Below, in pieces: positions 1-9,307 of a stretch of 64,000 nucleotides of DNA. Under the pieces are notes generated by a model. It saw only the letters and a list, made by a program, of their open reading frames with translations. It did not search any database and was not told the DNA's origin. A program made the position numbers and the translations under genes. Position 1 is the stretch's first letter. Every line of letters starts with the position of its first letter. This DNA comes from an uncultured Verrucomicrobiae bacterium. GTDB lineage: Bacteria; Verrucomicrobiota; Verrucomicrobiia; Chthoniobacterales; JAFAMB01. The stretch covers positions 192,001 to 256,000 of the forward strand of contig CAVXLD010000005.1 in the NCBI GenBank assembly GCA_963762565.1, given 5' to 3'.

Positions 1-1
1 A

Positions 2-265
2 CTGGACCTGGCCCTTTACGCGCAAAAGTTGCTTCGAGATGTGATGAAGGCCCAAGGGTTCAATGTCGGGTTCAACCTTGGCTCCGCGGCGGGCGCCGGG
101 GTTGAGGCGCATGTCCATCTTCATATCGTGCCTCGCTGGAGGGGAGACCACAATTTTATGCCGGTCCTCGGCCGGACACGAGTGATTTCCGAGGGCCTGC
201 AGGGTCTTTACGAAAAGCTGATAGCGGCTGTCGGGCGGAATCCTTGGGTTAATGATCAGGGGTGA
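2..265 (+). CDS. HIT family hydrolase, C-terminal part (5'-truncated by window edge)
   Basis: GFNVGFNLG..AGAGV..HVHLHIVPRW histidine-triad motif; frame open from base 2. Confidence 0.9.
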   Translation: MDLALYAQKLLRDVMKAQGFNVGFNLGSAAGAGVEAHVHLHIVPRWRGDHNFMPVLGRTRVISEGLQGLYEKLIAAVGRNPWVNDQG

Positions 266-378
266 TTCGTCGTCGAGCCAGCCATCGCGGGATAGCCGGT
301 CGTACTCGTTCTCGTCGTCGAAAGAGGGGGTGTGCTAGCTGATGTGGAGTCGATCTGGTGGACAGCAGTCGACGGTTA

Positions 379-609
379 TTGTCCCGAAGGGACTCAATGA
401 AGGTAGCCAGGCATGAAATGCCTGGTAATTGGTAAACATGATCCGTCCCGGAGGGAACGGTATGATCCAAGGCGCTAGGTTTTGTTCACGTCCAAGACAA
501 TCGTAAACTCTCGCCGACTCATCGTACCGTCCCGCCGGGACGGTACGCCTGGGATGCGTTTCCCAGGCATTTCATGCCAGGCTACTATCACCTAGTCCCT
601 TCGGGACAA
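379..609. repeat. REPIN-like long imperfect palindrome, family G
   Basis: TTGTCCCGAAGGGA...TCCCTTCGGGACAA termini with inner arms CCAGGCATGAAATGCCTGG / CCAGGCATTTCATGCCAGG; sister element at 55356-55569. Confidence 0.85.
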
Positions 610-693
610 AACCTATCCGGTACCTGTCCGCAAAATCGACGCCACTCCACCTTCGAGCACGAGGACGACGACGAGGACGATTACGAGCGATAC

Positions 694-727
694 AAAACAG
701 AAAAGGCGAACAAGCGTTCGCCTTTCT
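694..727 (-). terminator. Intrinsic terminator for the minus-strand ABC operon
   Basis: AAAGGCGAAC-AAGC-GTTCGCCTTT stem followed by a T-rich tract on the minus strand, about 60 bp past the stop at 789. Confidence 0.7.
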
Positions 728-788
728 GCCAGAGGGCTGCTTGGCCAGAGAAAGACCGCCCGGCTGCGATCCTTCCTATAAGCGCGAC

Positions 789-1847
789 CTAAAAGTTGAA
801 TTGGTCGATGTTGTCCTTGGTAAAAACAGTCGGGGGACCAAGCAAGACTTGGCTGCCGTTGATGACCTTGAGTTTACCGAGCTTGCCGCATTCGACTTCG
901 GTATCGCCCGGTTTGAGTTTTCCATCGATTACTGCCCGCATTACATAAGCTGAGGCGTAACCGAGATCGACCGGGCTCCAAAGCACATCACTCTTGACCG
1001 CGCCGTTTTTAATGAACGGCTTCATTTGATTTGGGGTGGACTGGCCTACGACTGCAATTTTACCGATCAGACCCGCTTGAGTGATTGCGTCCGCCGCGCC
1101 CGGGAACGCCACACTGGAGAGACCGATAATCCCTTTGACGTTGGGATATCCTTTAATGATTTCGCCGGTCACTTGAAACGCCTTCTGCTGATCTTCTTCA
1201 GCGGGAACGATCGTTACCAAGTGGAGGTCAGGGTAGGCCGACGCGATGTATTTTTTGATTTCGGCAATCCAGGCGTTTTGACCCGCTGCGGTCAAAGAGC
1301 TCGTCACGATCGCGAAATCGGCTTTTTTCCCAATCTCAGCGACCAGGCAATCGATATCAGCCTTGGCAACAGCATCCGGTGTGCACATTTGAACGAACCA
1401 CTCGCGCGCATCGGGCTGAGATTCGGCGTCATAACCGACGACGTGAATACCGGCCTTGAGCGCCTTCCGGAGCACAGGCGAGATTGCGACCGGATCGTTG
1501 GCGGCAAAAAAGATACCATCGACCCCTTTGGAGACGGCGTTGTCGATGAACTCAATTTGCTTCTGGATATCGCCTTCCGTCGGCGCATCCGTGCTGACTT
1601 CGGTCGGAACACCGTTCTTGGTCATTTCGGCGCATGCATCCGCGATCCCTTTGGAAGTCGCATTGAAATACCCGATGCCGACGAGCTTCGGAATATCAGC
1701 TAGCACGACCTTCTTGCCCTTCAAGTCTTTTGGATTGGTGGCTTTGCCGCCGTTGTAAGCAGTATCGGCGCCGAACGCAGTCACGGTCAGAGCCGTAACC
1801 AAAGCGAAAATCGATTTGGTTAAGGTAATTGGTGTAGGTGGTTTCAT
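789..1847 (-). CDS. Sugar ABC substrate-binding protein (RhaS/LsrB-like)
   Basis: Signal peptide; PKLVGIGYFNA, QIEFIDNAV and LW.PVDLGY motifs; last gene of the ABC operon. Confidence 0.9.
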   Translation of the reverse strand: MKPPTPITLTKSIFALVTALTVTAFGADTAYNGGKATNPKDLKGKKVVLADIPKLVGIGYFNATSKGIADACAEMTKNGVPTEVSTDAPTEGDIQKQIEFIDNAVSKGVDGIFFAANDPVAISPVLRKALKAGIHVVGYDAESQPDAREWFVQMCTPDAVAKADIDCLVAEIGKKADFAIVTSSLTAAGQNAWIAEIKKYIASAYPDLHLVTIVPAEEDQQKAFQVTGEIIKGYPNVKGIIGLSSVAFPGAADAITQAGLIGKIAVVGQSTPNQMKPFIKNGAVKSDVLWSPVDLGYASAYVMRAVIDGKLKPGDTEVECGKLGKLKVINGSQVLLGPPTVFTKDNIDQFNF

Positions 1848-3889
1848 GTAGGTGTCGGGGGTGGGTTGGATTTGGTAAATCGGCGACCGGAACGCATAAG
1901 GCTTTCGAGCAGCTGATTTAGCAAAATGGAGATGATCAGAACGGCTCCGATCAGGATGACGGTGGCTTCGCCGCGGAAACCAGACAGCTGGAGGCCGTTC
2001 TTCAAAAGTTCGATAGTGACGACGCCGAGAGCGGTGCCAACAATAGTCCCGCGGCCGCCGACGATGCTGGTGCCGCCAAACACCACGGCCGCAATGACGT
2101 CCAGCTCCATTCCGGTGGCGGCATCGGCTCGAGTGCTAGTAAACCGGGAGGTTAGGATGAAGCCGGCGATGCCGGCCATAAAGCCGCTAAAAGTGTAGGC
2201 AAACAGTTTGATCCGATTAACTGGGATCCCGGCAAAGCGAGCGGCGGTCTCATTGTTCCCGATGGCGTAGATCGAACGACCTAAGGGGGTGGCTGCCAAT
2301 ACGACCGCGCTAATGATCAGGACCAGAAGTAAGAGGTAAAACTGGAAAGGCAACCCGAAGATCTCGCCGCTGCCGAAGAAAGCAAAAGAATCCGGGAATC
2401 CGTTAGCGGATCGAGATTCACTAATACCCAACGAAAGACCCCGATAGATAGCCAGGGTGGCCAAAGTGACGATCAGCGGAGGAACGCGCAGATAGACGAT
2501 AGCCAAGCCATTTAATAACCCGGCCAAAGACCCGGTCACGATGCCGACCATTACGGCCAGCCAGAGAGGCAATCCAAAGCTCTCCCAGGAAAATCCTAGC
2601 GCGATGGCGCTGAGCGCCAGCATCGATCCGACCGACAGATCGATGCCGCCAAGGATGATAATGAAGGTCATGGGTACGGCCAGCAGAGCAACCTCGGCTA
2701 GGAACCGAATTTGATTCATGAGGTTTGCGGCCGTGAGAAACCGATCGGTCCTAAAAGATAGGACGATCATCACGATGACCAGCACACCGAACAACAACGT
2801 CTCTTGCAGAGTCAGCCAACGGATACCGAAAAGTGTCGGAGAAGCAGCTTCCTGACCGCCGCCTGCCGTGGCTAATGCAACTGAGGCGCCCGGAGTGCGG
2901 CGCCGCCGGAAAACGTCCAACAAAATGGTCAAAAGGATGAGCGCACCCTGTACGGCCTGAAACCATTCCGCCCGGATGTGTAAGAAGACCAAAGCGGTCC
3001 CGATGGTTTGGAGAAGAATCGCTCCAAACAGCGCTCCGATCACCGTTCCGGTGCCACCAAGGATGCTGACTCCTCCGATTACCGCGGCCGTGATAACGGT
3101 CAGTTCAAAACCAGGCGCAACATTGGACTGAATCGCTGTGAAGTTAGTGGCGTAAATGATAGAGGCGACTCCCACCAAAAGTCCGTTCAGGAAGAATACC
3201 TTGATGGTTACCGCCCGCTGCGAAATCCCGGACAACCGTGCAGCCTCCCCATTGCCGCCGACTGCATAAGGTTCGCGGCCGGTAGAAAAAAACTTGAGCC
3301 AGATCGAGAAGATCGCGCCCAACGCGAGCATGCCGAAAATCGGGACCGGTATGCCTAAAACGTGTTCGCGACTGATGCTAAAATCCGGCGGTAAGCCATA
3401 GATCCATCTGCCGCCCGTCGCGAGAATCAGTCCACCCTTGAGGATGCTGGCCATGCCGAGAGTCGTCACGATGGCGGGAATGCGGCCATACGCGATCAGC
3501 ACCCCGTTGAGCAGACCGATCACGCCTCCGGTTAAAATCGTAACCGGGAAGACCAAATACATCGGTTGATGCGCGACCGCGAGTTCGCCCGCGACGGTCG
3601 CACAAATACCCAGGGCTGCTCCGACGGAGATGTCGATATGACCGCAAAGTATGACCATGGTCATACCGATCCCGGCGACGCCGATATAGGAAGAATTGTA
3701 AAGGATGTCGACTAGATTGCTCGGTTGGGCGAAGCCGGGATTAACCAGCGTGACTCCGGCAAAGACGATAATGAACGTCAGAACCAGCACTGTTTCCTGC
3801 TGGTTCAGCCAAGAAAGCCAGCCGGCGACAGAAGCGCGAGTAGAGGGTGAAAGGCCCGGAGCCGAGGGCGGTAAGGTCTCTGTACTCAT
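1844..3889 (-). CDS. Sugar ABC permease, two BPD_transp_2 domains fused
   Basis: Two complete permease units (IDISVG...YAVGGN and IDLSVG...YAIGNN); ATG at 3889 just downstream of the ATPase stop. Confidence 0.9.
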   Translation of the reverse strand: MSTETLPPSAPGLSPSTRASVAGWLSWLNQQETVLVLTFIIVFAGVTLVNPGFAQPSNLVDILYNSSYIGVAGIGMTMVILCGHIDISVGAALGICATVAGELAVAHQPMYLVFPVTILTGGVIGLLNGVLIAYGRIPAIVTTLGMASILKGGLILATGGRWIYGLPPDFSISREHVLGIPVPIFGMLALGAIFSIWLKFFSTGREPYAVGGNGEAARLSGISQRAVTIKVFFLNGLLVGVASIIYATNFTAIQSNVAPGFELTVITAAVIGGVSILGGTGTVIGALFGAILLQTIGTALVFLHIRAEWFQAVQGALILLTILLDVFRRRRTPGASVALATAGGGQEAASPTLFGIRWLTLQETLLFGVLVIVMIVLSFRTDRFLTAANLMNQIRFLAEVALLAVPMTFIIILGGIDLSVGSMLALSAIALGFSWESFGLPLWLAVMVGIVTGSLAGLLNGLAIVYLRVPPLIVTLATLAIYRGLSLGISESRSANGFPDSFAFFGSGEIFGLPFQFYLLLLVLIISAVVLAATPLGRSIYAIGNNETAARFAGIPVNRIKLFAYTFSGFMAGIAGFILTSRFTSTRADAATGMELDVIAAVVFGGTSIVGGRGTIVGTALGVVTIELLKNGLQLSGFRGEATVILIGAVLIISILLNQLLESLMRSGRRFTKSNPPPTPT

Positions 3890-3899
3890 CAGAAACGCA

Positions 3900-5465
3900 T
3901 TAGTTTGAATGCCCGTTCTCCGGCTGGCCAATGGCGGCCGCCAAGATCGCTTCCTCGCTGGCATCGCGCCGATCAAATTCCGCAACGGAACGACCTTCCC
4001 GCATTACACAGATGCGATCACTGACCCGCAGAATCTCGGGCAAATCGCTGGAGATAACGAGCACGGCGATTTTTTCATTTCGAGCGAGGTGATCAAGTAA
4101 ACGATGAATTTCGGCGCGAGCTCCGACGTCGATGCCTCGGGTTGGCTCATCGACGATGAGTAACTTGGGTTTAGTGGCCAGCCATTTCGCCACTACAATC
4201 TTTTGTTGGTTGCCGCCGGAAAGATTGCGGGCGACTTGGCGGATACTGGGTGTCTTAATTCGCAAAGCGGCGACGTACTCTTCGGCCAACCGGTCCTCCG
4301 CCCCGAAATCGAGGAACGGACCTTTGGTTAGTTTCCACAAACGAGTAAGGCCGATATTTTGGCCGACGGTCATGGCAGTGAGTAAGCCTTGCCTTTGCCG
4401 GTCTTCTGGAACGTAGGCGATGCCGAGTTCAATAGCCTGTTCCGGGCTCCTGATGTCCACCGGCTTACCATCGAGTTCAATCGAACCGGCCTCAGGCGGC
4501 GCGATACCAAAAATGGTCTGCGCGAGTTCAGTCCGCCCGGATCCGATCAGCCCAGCCATGCCCACAATTTCACCCGCTCGAAGCTCGATGCTGGCATCCT
4601 TGAGCAACGGCCGTCTTGCCAGGTTCTTCGCCCGCAACACAACCGGAAGACTTTCAGATAACTGACCCAAGTGCGGCGCCGGTTCTTGCGCTAGAGCGCG
4701 CCCTACCATCATGCGAATGAGCTCGTTTTCGTTGGTCTCTTTTGCCGATTTTACTCCGACCAGCTTTCCATCTCGGAGGACCGTGACTCTATCCGCCAAC
4801 ATGAAAATTTCTTCCAAACGGTGGCTAATGTAGATGATGGCGACCTCCTGTTCGCGTAGCCGGCGGATTACGCTGAACAAACGTTCAGTATCATGCTGGG
4901 TAAGAACGGCGGTCGGCTCATCGAGAATCAGAATCCGGGCCTGACGCGATAGCGCCTTTGCGATTTCGACTCGTTGACGATTCCCTACGGAAAGCGCGCC
5001 AACCCGGCTCGTGACTTCAAGGTCGGTCGCCTCCAATGAATCCAGCAGGGTACGAGCTTGGCGGTTCGCCTTTGGCCAGTCCAGCGCGGTTCCGAAGAAC
5101 GTCCGGGGCATATGGCCGGTGAAGATATTCTCTGCCACGGTGAGTTCCGGGTAGAGGCTGAATTCCTGATAGATGGTGGCGATACCAAGGCGTTGGGCTT
5201 CTCCCGGGTTTGCTAGATTAACGGGTTGGCCGTTGACAAGGATCTCTCCCCGATCAGGGCGATAAACGCCGGATACGATCTTGATCAAGGTGGATTTGCC
5301 GGCGCCGTTTTCTCCCAGTAAGGCGTGCACCTCGCCCGGCTTTACGTCGAAAGACACATCAGCCAACGCCACCACACCGGGGAAAGCCTTCGTAACGTTC
5401 CGAAGCTCCAGGGCTGGCGGTACGCTGGTCGGGGATGAAGATTCCGTGGCGGCTAGGTCGGCCAT
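3900..5465 (-). CDS. Sugar ABC ATP-binding protein (RhaT/LsrA/RbsA-like)
   Basis: [29 protein letters not shown]; two-NBD architecture. Confidence 0.95.
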   Translation of the reverse strand: MADLAATESSSPTSVPPALELRNVTKAFPGVVALADVSFDVKPGEVHALLGENGAGKSTLIKIVSGVYRPDRGEILVNGQPVNLANPGEAQRLGIATIYQEFSLYPELTVAENIFTGHMPRTFFGTALDWPKANRQARTLLDSLEATDLEVTSRVGALSVGNRQRVEIAKALSRQARILILDEPTAVLTQHDTERLFSVIRRLREQEVAIIYISHRLEEIFMLADRVTVLRDGKLVGVKSAKETNENELIRMMVGRALAQEPAPHLGQLSESLPVVLRAKNLARRPLLKDASIELRAGEIVGMAGLIGSGRTELAQTIFGIAPPEAGSIELDGKPVDIRSPEQAIELGIAYVPEDRQRQGLLTAMTVGQNIGLTRLWKLTKGPFLDFGAEDRLAEEYVAALRIKTPSIRQVARNLSGGNQQKIVVAKWLATKPKLLIVDEPTRGIDVGARAEIHRLLDHLARNEKIAVLVISSDLPEILRVSDRICVMREGRSVAEFDRRDASEEAILAAAIGQPENGHSN

Positions 5466-5646
5466 TTTTATGACGCAATCAGGGTCACAAACGGGGGGAT
5501 GGACTATTTTTCTAGGAGCAACGGTATCCGTTTGTTCTGGGGTTTTCGGAAAAAGATGCCGGTAATACATGCATGGAAAAAGGAGGGGGTGTCAATAAAT
5601 AAATCGGAATGATTTATTTTTGGAGAGAGGTATCGACCTCATGGCT

Positions 5647-5891
5647 AATTTGGTGGGGCGAGGCTCCGGAAAGGCCGTCAACATTTCGCAACGCGACGTC
5701 GTTTGCATAGACCATGGTAGTGCTGGTCGAAAAAGCTGCCGAGCCGGACCCAGGGTTTGCCATGTCCTCGAGATTAAGAGACGTTGGGATCGGCTCGGCG
5801 GCGAGTCGGTGCTGCACACAATGTCGGTACGAAAGCCCAGTCGTTCTGTTGGATTTCTGTCGGCCGTTCCGGAGCCTCGCCCCACCAAATT
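5647..5891. repeat. REPIN-like element, family C
   Basis: 25-bp terminal IR AATTTGGTGGGGCGAGGCTCCGGAA / TTCCGGAGCCTCGCCCCACCAAATT; related copies at 20641-20931 and 21427 (partial). Confidence 0.85.
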
Positions 5892-5989
5892 AACGACCCG
5901 CCCTACCGCCCGCGCACCAATTTCCGACATCACAATACTCCAGTACTCCGCTACTCCGCTACTCCATCAACCCCGCGCACCGATTCCGA

Positions 5990-6048
5990 GGACGAGAACG
6001 ACGACCAGAACGAGAACGAGAACGAGAACGAGAACGAGAACGAGAACG
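5990..6048. repeat. Hexamer tandem repeat (GAACGA)n
   Basis: Directly visible; degenerate relatives at about 300-320 and 655-690. Confidence 0.95.
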
Positions 6049-6061
6049 AAGCGATCGTGCG

Positions 6062-6820
6062 CTACCAGCAAGTATACCCGCCGTCGACAACCAAATTGCT
6101 GCCGGTGAAATAGCTGCTCGCATCCGACGCCAGGAAAACAACGGCGGCAGCGACCTCGCGTGGTTCGCCGACGCGTCCCATCGGAGTGAAATCCAGCCAA
6201 TACTTGTACCACTCGGTATTGGTCATTCCTTCCTTGGTCATCTCCGTACCAATGTAACCTGGAGACACGCTGTTCACCCGGACGCCGCGCTTAGCCCATT
6301 CACCGGCCAGGGATTTAGTGAGCATAATCACGCCTGCTTTCGACGTGTTATAGGCAGATTGCGGTTGAGGAACGTTTGAGATCACACCGGACATCGATGC
6401 CGTATTGATGATGCTGCCTTGGCCTTGCTTAAGCATCACCTTCCCGAATTCGCGGCAACAGAAAAAAACCGCGTTCAGATTGATGTTGATCACCTTAAGC
6501 CATTGCTCGTCGGTGCATTCTTCGGAGGGCACATTGACCGCGATTCCCGCGTTATTGAATGCGATATCGATGCGGTTGTGCTTAGCAACGATATCGGCAG
6601 CCAGCTGAGCGACCTGGTCGGATTTCGTGAGATCAACGGGAAAGAAATCGGCTTCGAGCTCTGCAGCTGCTTTGGGTCCGGCTTCGCGGTTTATATCGAC
6701 AATAACCACCTTGGCGCCGCATTCTCGCAATGCCTTGGCTGATTCGAAGCCGATTCCGCGAGCACCGCCAGTTACGACGGCGACCCTGCCGTCGAGTGGG
6801 GTAAGGGGGGAGTAAGTCAT
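6062..6820 (-). CDS. SDR oxidoreductase (sugar/polyol reductase-like)
   Basis: [24 protein letters not shown]. Confidence 0.93.
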   Translation of the reverse strand: MTYSPLTPLDGRVAVVTGGARGIGFESAKALRECGAKVVIVDINREAGPKAAAELEADFFPVDLTKSDQVAQLAADIVAKHNRIDIAFNNAGIAVNVPSEECTDEQWLKVININLNAVFFCCREFGKVMLKQGQGSIINTASMSGVISNVPQPQSAYNTSKAGVIMLTKSLAGEWAKRGVRVNSVSPGYIGTEMTKEGMTNTEWYKYWLDFTPMGRVGEPREVAAAVVFLASDASSYFTGSNLVVDGGYTCW

Positions 6821-6889
6821 GGATGACCAATTGTTCGCGATGAGAACGGTTGTCAAGCGCGCGCAGCGCGCTTAGCGCTTACAGCGCTT

Positions 6890-7124
6890 CGCGCATAGCC
6901 AATAGCCAATAGCCGATAGCCAAGACGCGAAGCGCATGACAGATGACAAATGACAAATGGGCATGGCCACATGGGCGAATCGTGGAGCGTGCCATCTAGT
7001 GGCAAAGGGAAAGAGGCCGAATGGTCGGGTAGTCAGGAATTTTTTATGTCTGACCGGTCAGCGAATGAGATTCAATCTGTCATTTGTCATGCGCTTCGCG
7101 TTGGCTATTGGCTATCGGCTATTG
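6890..7124. repeat. Inverted arrays of heptamer repeats (AATAGCC / ATGACAA) forming a long hairpin
   Basis: (AATAGCC)n-ACGCGAAGCGC-(ATGACAA)n mirrored by (TTGTCAT)n-GCGCTTCGCGT-(TGGCTAT)n. Confidence 0.85.
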
Positions 7125-7160
7125 ATCATTCACGCTGCGCTAATAGCGGCGTGATTCGGC

Positions 7161-7188
7161 TTGCCATCGTAGGCACAATCTGTAGTAT
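7161..7188 (+). promoter_or_regulatory. Sigma70-like promoter
   Basis: TTGCCA-N16-TAGTAT, 11 nt before the ATG at 7200. Confidence 0.5.
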
Positions 7189-7199
7189 CTGAAATCGTC

Positions 7200-7430
7200 A
7201 TGGCCACCTATATCTATGAGACGGTGCCCGACTCCGCAGAAATTCCAACGCGGAGGTTTGAGGTTCGGCAGAGCATGCTTGATGCGCCGCTGACTCGCGA
7301 TCCCGAAACCGGACAGCCAGTACGGCGCGTTATCTCCGGCGGTTTCGGGCTCATGACCGGGTCCAAGAATGCTCCTTCATCAGGGTCATCCTCGTCCTCC
7401 TGTGGCTCTGGCCACTGTGGCTGTTGCTAG
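7200..7430 (+). CDS. FmdB-family zinc-ribbon-like regulatory protein
   Basis: MATYIYE...FEVRQSM.DAPLT..PETG.PVRRVISGG pattern; Cys-rich tail CGSGHCGCC. Confidence 0.8.
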   Translation: MATYIYETVPDSAEIPTRRFEVRQSMLDAPLTRDPETGQPVRRVISGGFGLMTGSKNAPSSGSSSSSCGSGHCGCC

Positions 7431-7440
7431 CGCAAGCTTG

Positions 7441-8946
7441 ATGTCTACTACGGATACCCAACCTGGGCTCTTTCAGGAATCGGCCCGGCCAACGGTTACA
7501 CCGGCCGGTTCGCGGAACGGTCATAGCAGCCAGATCAAGAACTACGTTCTTGATACCAATGTCCTACTGCATGATCCCCATTCCGTTTATCGATTTGCCG
7601 ATAATCACGTTTGGATCCCCATCGATGTGCTCGGGGAGACCGACAAGTTTAAGAACGAACAGACCGAGCGAGGAGCGAACGCTCGCGCTGTTCACCGGTT
7701 CTTATCCCGCTGCTTTAATCAAAATCGAAAGCTGGTGACGAATGGGGCTAAGACGCCCGGGGGTGGGACTATACGGATCGCGGTCAACGAGTTCCTGGGA
7801 GACCTCCGCACCAACAAAGAGTTTCGTCGATTTCAACAAACGTTCCGTGACCTCGAGCACACGGATAATCGGATCCTAGCCTTTTGTTTGTATGTTCAGG
7901 GCAAGCACTTAGAGCGCACGATTCTGGTCACTAAAGACCTGAATATGCAGTTGAAAGCTCTCTCCATTGGCATCGAGGCTCAGGATTACGAGAACGATAA
8001 AGTCGCTTTGGCGGACGTCGAAGATTATGGGCATCCGATCGTGGAGATCGATCCTAAGAGTCTGCAGCGGTTTGCCAGCTCACGAGAACTACAGCTGGAT
8101 CCCAAGCCAGCCGCCGGCCTAGCCACGAATGAATATGTCTTCCTTTCCGATGGCGATAATAAGTTGATGCCGGCTCGACATTTTGGGGGCGGTCTCTGCC
8201 GGCGTTTAAATCTTCCACCCGCTCTGACGAACCCGCGCGGGGTACATTTGAAACCCATGAACCTCGGCCAACAATGTTTGCTCGATGCGTTACTGGATCC
8301 GGAGATTGCGTTAGTGACCTGCTACGGCCCGGCTGGTACCGGCAAAACTTTGTTGGCGGTTGCCGCCGGACTGCACCTTTACTGGAATGACGTATTTAGC
8401 GGGATCACCGTGAGCCGGCCGGTGGTAGCGATGGGTGACACGCTTGGTTATTTACCGGGCACGCTTAACGAGAAGATGAAGCCGTGGTTGCAGTCGATTT
8501 ACGATGCGTTCGAGTTGTTGCTGCCGCCCAATGTCGCATCCGACAGCTCGCGAAAAGTGAAACGTAACAAAGCGGACCTGAACGGGATGGCCGCTCCGAT
8601 TCCGCAGCTTCGGCCATATGAACAATTGATCGATCAAGGGGTCGTTGAAATCGAGGCCCTGTGTTACATCCGTGGGCGCTCGATCCCGAAGCGTTATTTC
8701 GTTCTCGACGAAGCGCAGCAATTGACGCCGCTGGAAGCGAAGACGGTTGTGACCCGAATGTCAAAAGGCTCTAAGCTAGTCATGGTGGGTGACCCGGCGC
8801 AGATCGACAATCCGTATGTCGATAGCCGTTCCAATGGCCTAGTCTACACCCGCAACCGCCTGAAGAATCAACCGATCACCGCTCATGTTTGTCTGACTAA
8901 GGGTGAACGGAGTGCGCTGGCAGAAGCCGGGGCGTCGCTGATGTAA
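7441..8946 (+). CDS. PhoH family protein with N-terminal PIN domain (PhoH2/YlaK-like)
   Basis: YVLDTNVLLHDP, DNRIL, VTKD (PIN); GPAGTGKT, IRGRS, DEAQ, GDPAQID (PhoH ATPase). Confidence 0.95.
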   Translation: MSTTDTQPGLFQESARPTVTPAGSRNGHSSQIKNYVLDTNVLLHDPHSVYRFADNHVWIPIDVLGETDKFKNEQTERGANARAVHRFLSRCFNQNRKLVTNGAKTPGGGTIRIAVNEFLGDLRTNKEFRRFQQTFRDLEHTDNRILAFCLYVQGKHLERTILVTKDLNMQLKALSIGIEAQDYENDKVALADVEDYGHPIVEIDPKSLQRFASSRELQLDPKPAAGLATNEYVFLSDGDNKLMPARHFGGGLCRRLNLPPALTNPRGVHLKPMNLGQQCLLDALLDPEIALVTCYGPAGTGKTLLAVAAGLHLYWNDVFSGITVSRPVVAMGDTLGYLPGTLNEKMKPWLQSIYDAFELLLPPNVASDSSRKVKRNKADLNGMAAPIPQLRPYEQLIDQGVVEIEALCYIRGRSIPKRYFVLDEAQQLTPLEAKTVVTRMSKGSKLVMVGDPAQIDNPYVDSRSNGLVYTRNRLKNQPITAHVCLTKGERSALAEAGASLM

Positions 8947-8960
8947 GGTAGGGCGAGGGT

Positions 8961-9200
8961 GGGAGGGATCACGGCTTGTCCGCCATAGCCCTGATTTCGG
9001 TCGCGTCCTGTCGCGATGATGTTGGCGACGGCGGATCCTCGTGATCCGTTGTTCTCGAAGCCCAGCACAGACCCGATTGGACCGTTCGGCTATTCAGCGA
9101 CGCAGACCGGTTCGCGGCGCGCGGGGATCCGACTTCGCCGAGCCAATCGGAAAGCACGCCAAAGACCGCAGGCTACGTCGGACAGGCTGCGCGCCCTCCC
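8961..9200. repeat. Family A REPIN with nested inserts in both REP hairpins
   Basis: GGGAGGGATCAC...GCGCGCCCTCCC ends; each REP loop is interrupted by a TGTCCGNCRTAGCC...GGCGANGNCGGA element. Confidence 0.85.
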
Positions 9201-9307
9201 CGTCAGGGGACGATCATGCGTCGATCCTCTCTTTTTTCGGTTGCTAGGACTCGCAAGCTCGATAAGCATCCGGCTGTGTTGTCCGTTGTCTTTAATCACT
9301 GCTGCCC

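Noticed and set aside
1026..1703. 225-aa antisense ORF (and similar shadows such as 17779-18387 and 50492-51127)
   Set aside because: Opposite-strand shadows of well-supported genes.
5592..6212. ORFs with RTRTRT / ENENEN / VLVLVL tracts
   Set aside because: Translations of the (GAACGA)n repeat and the family C element.
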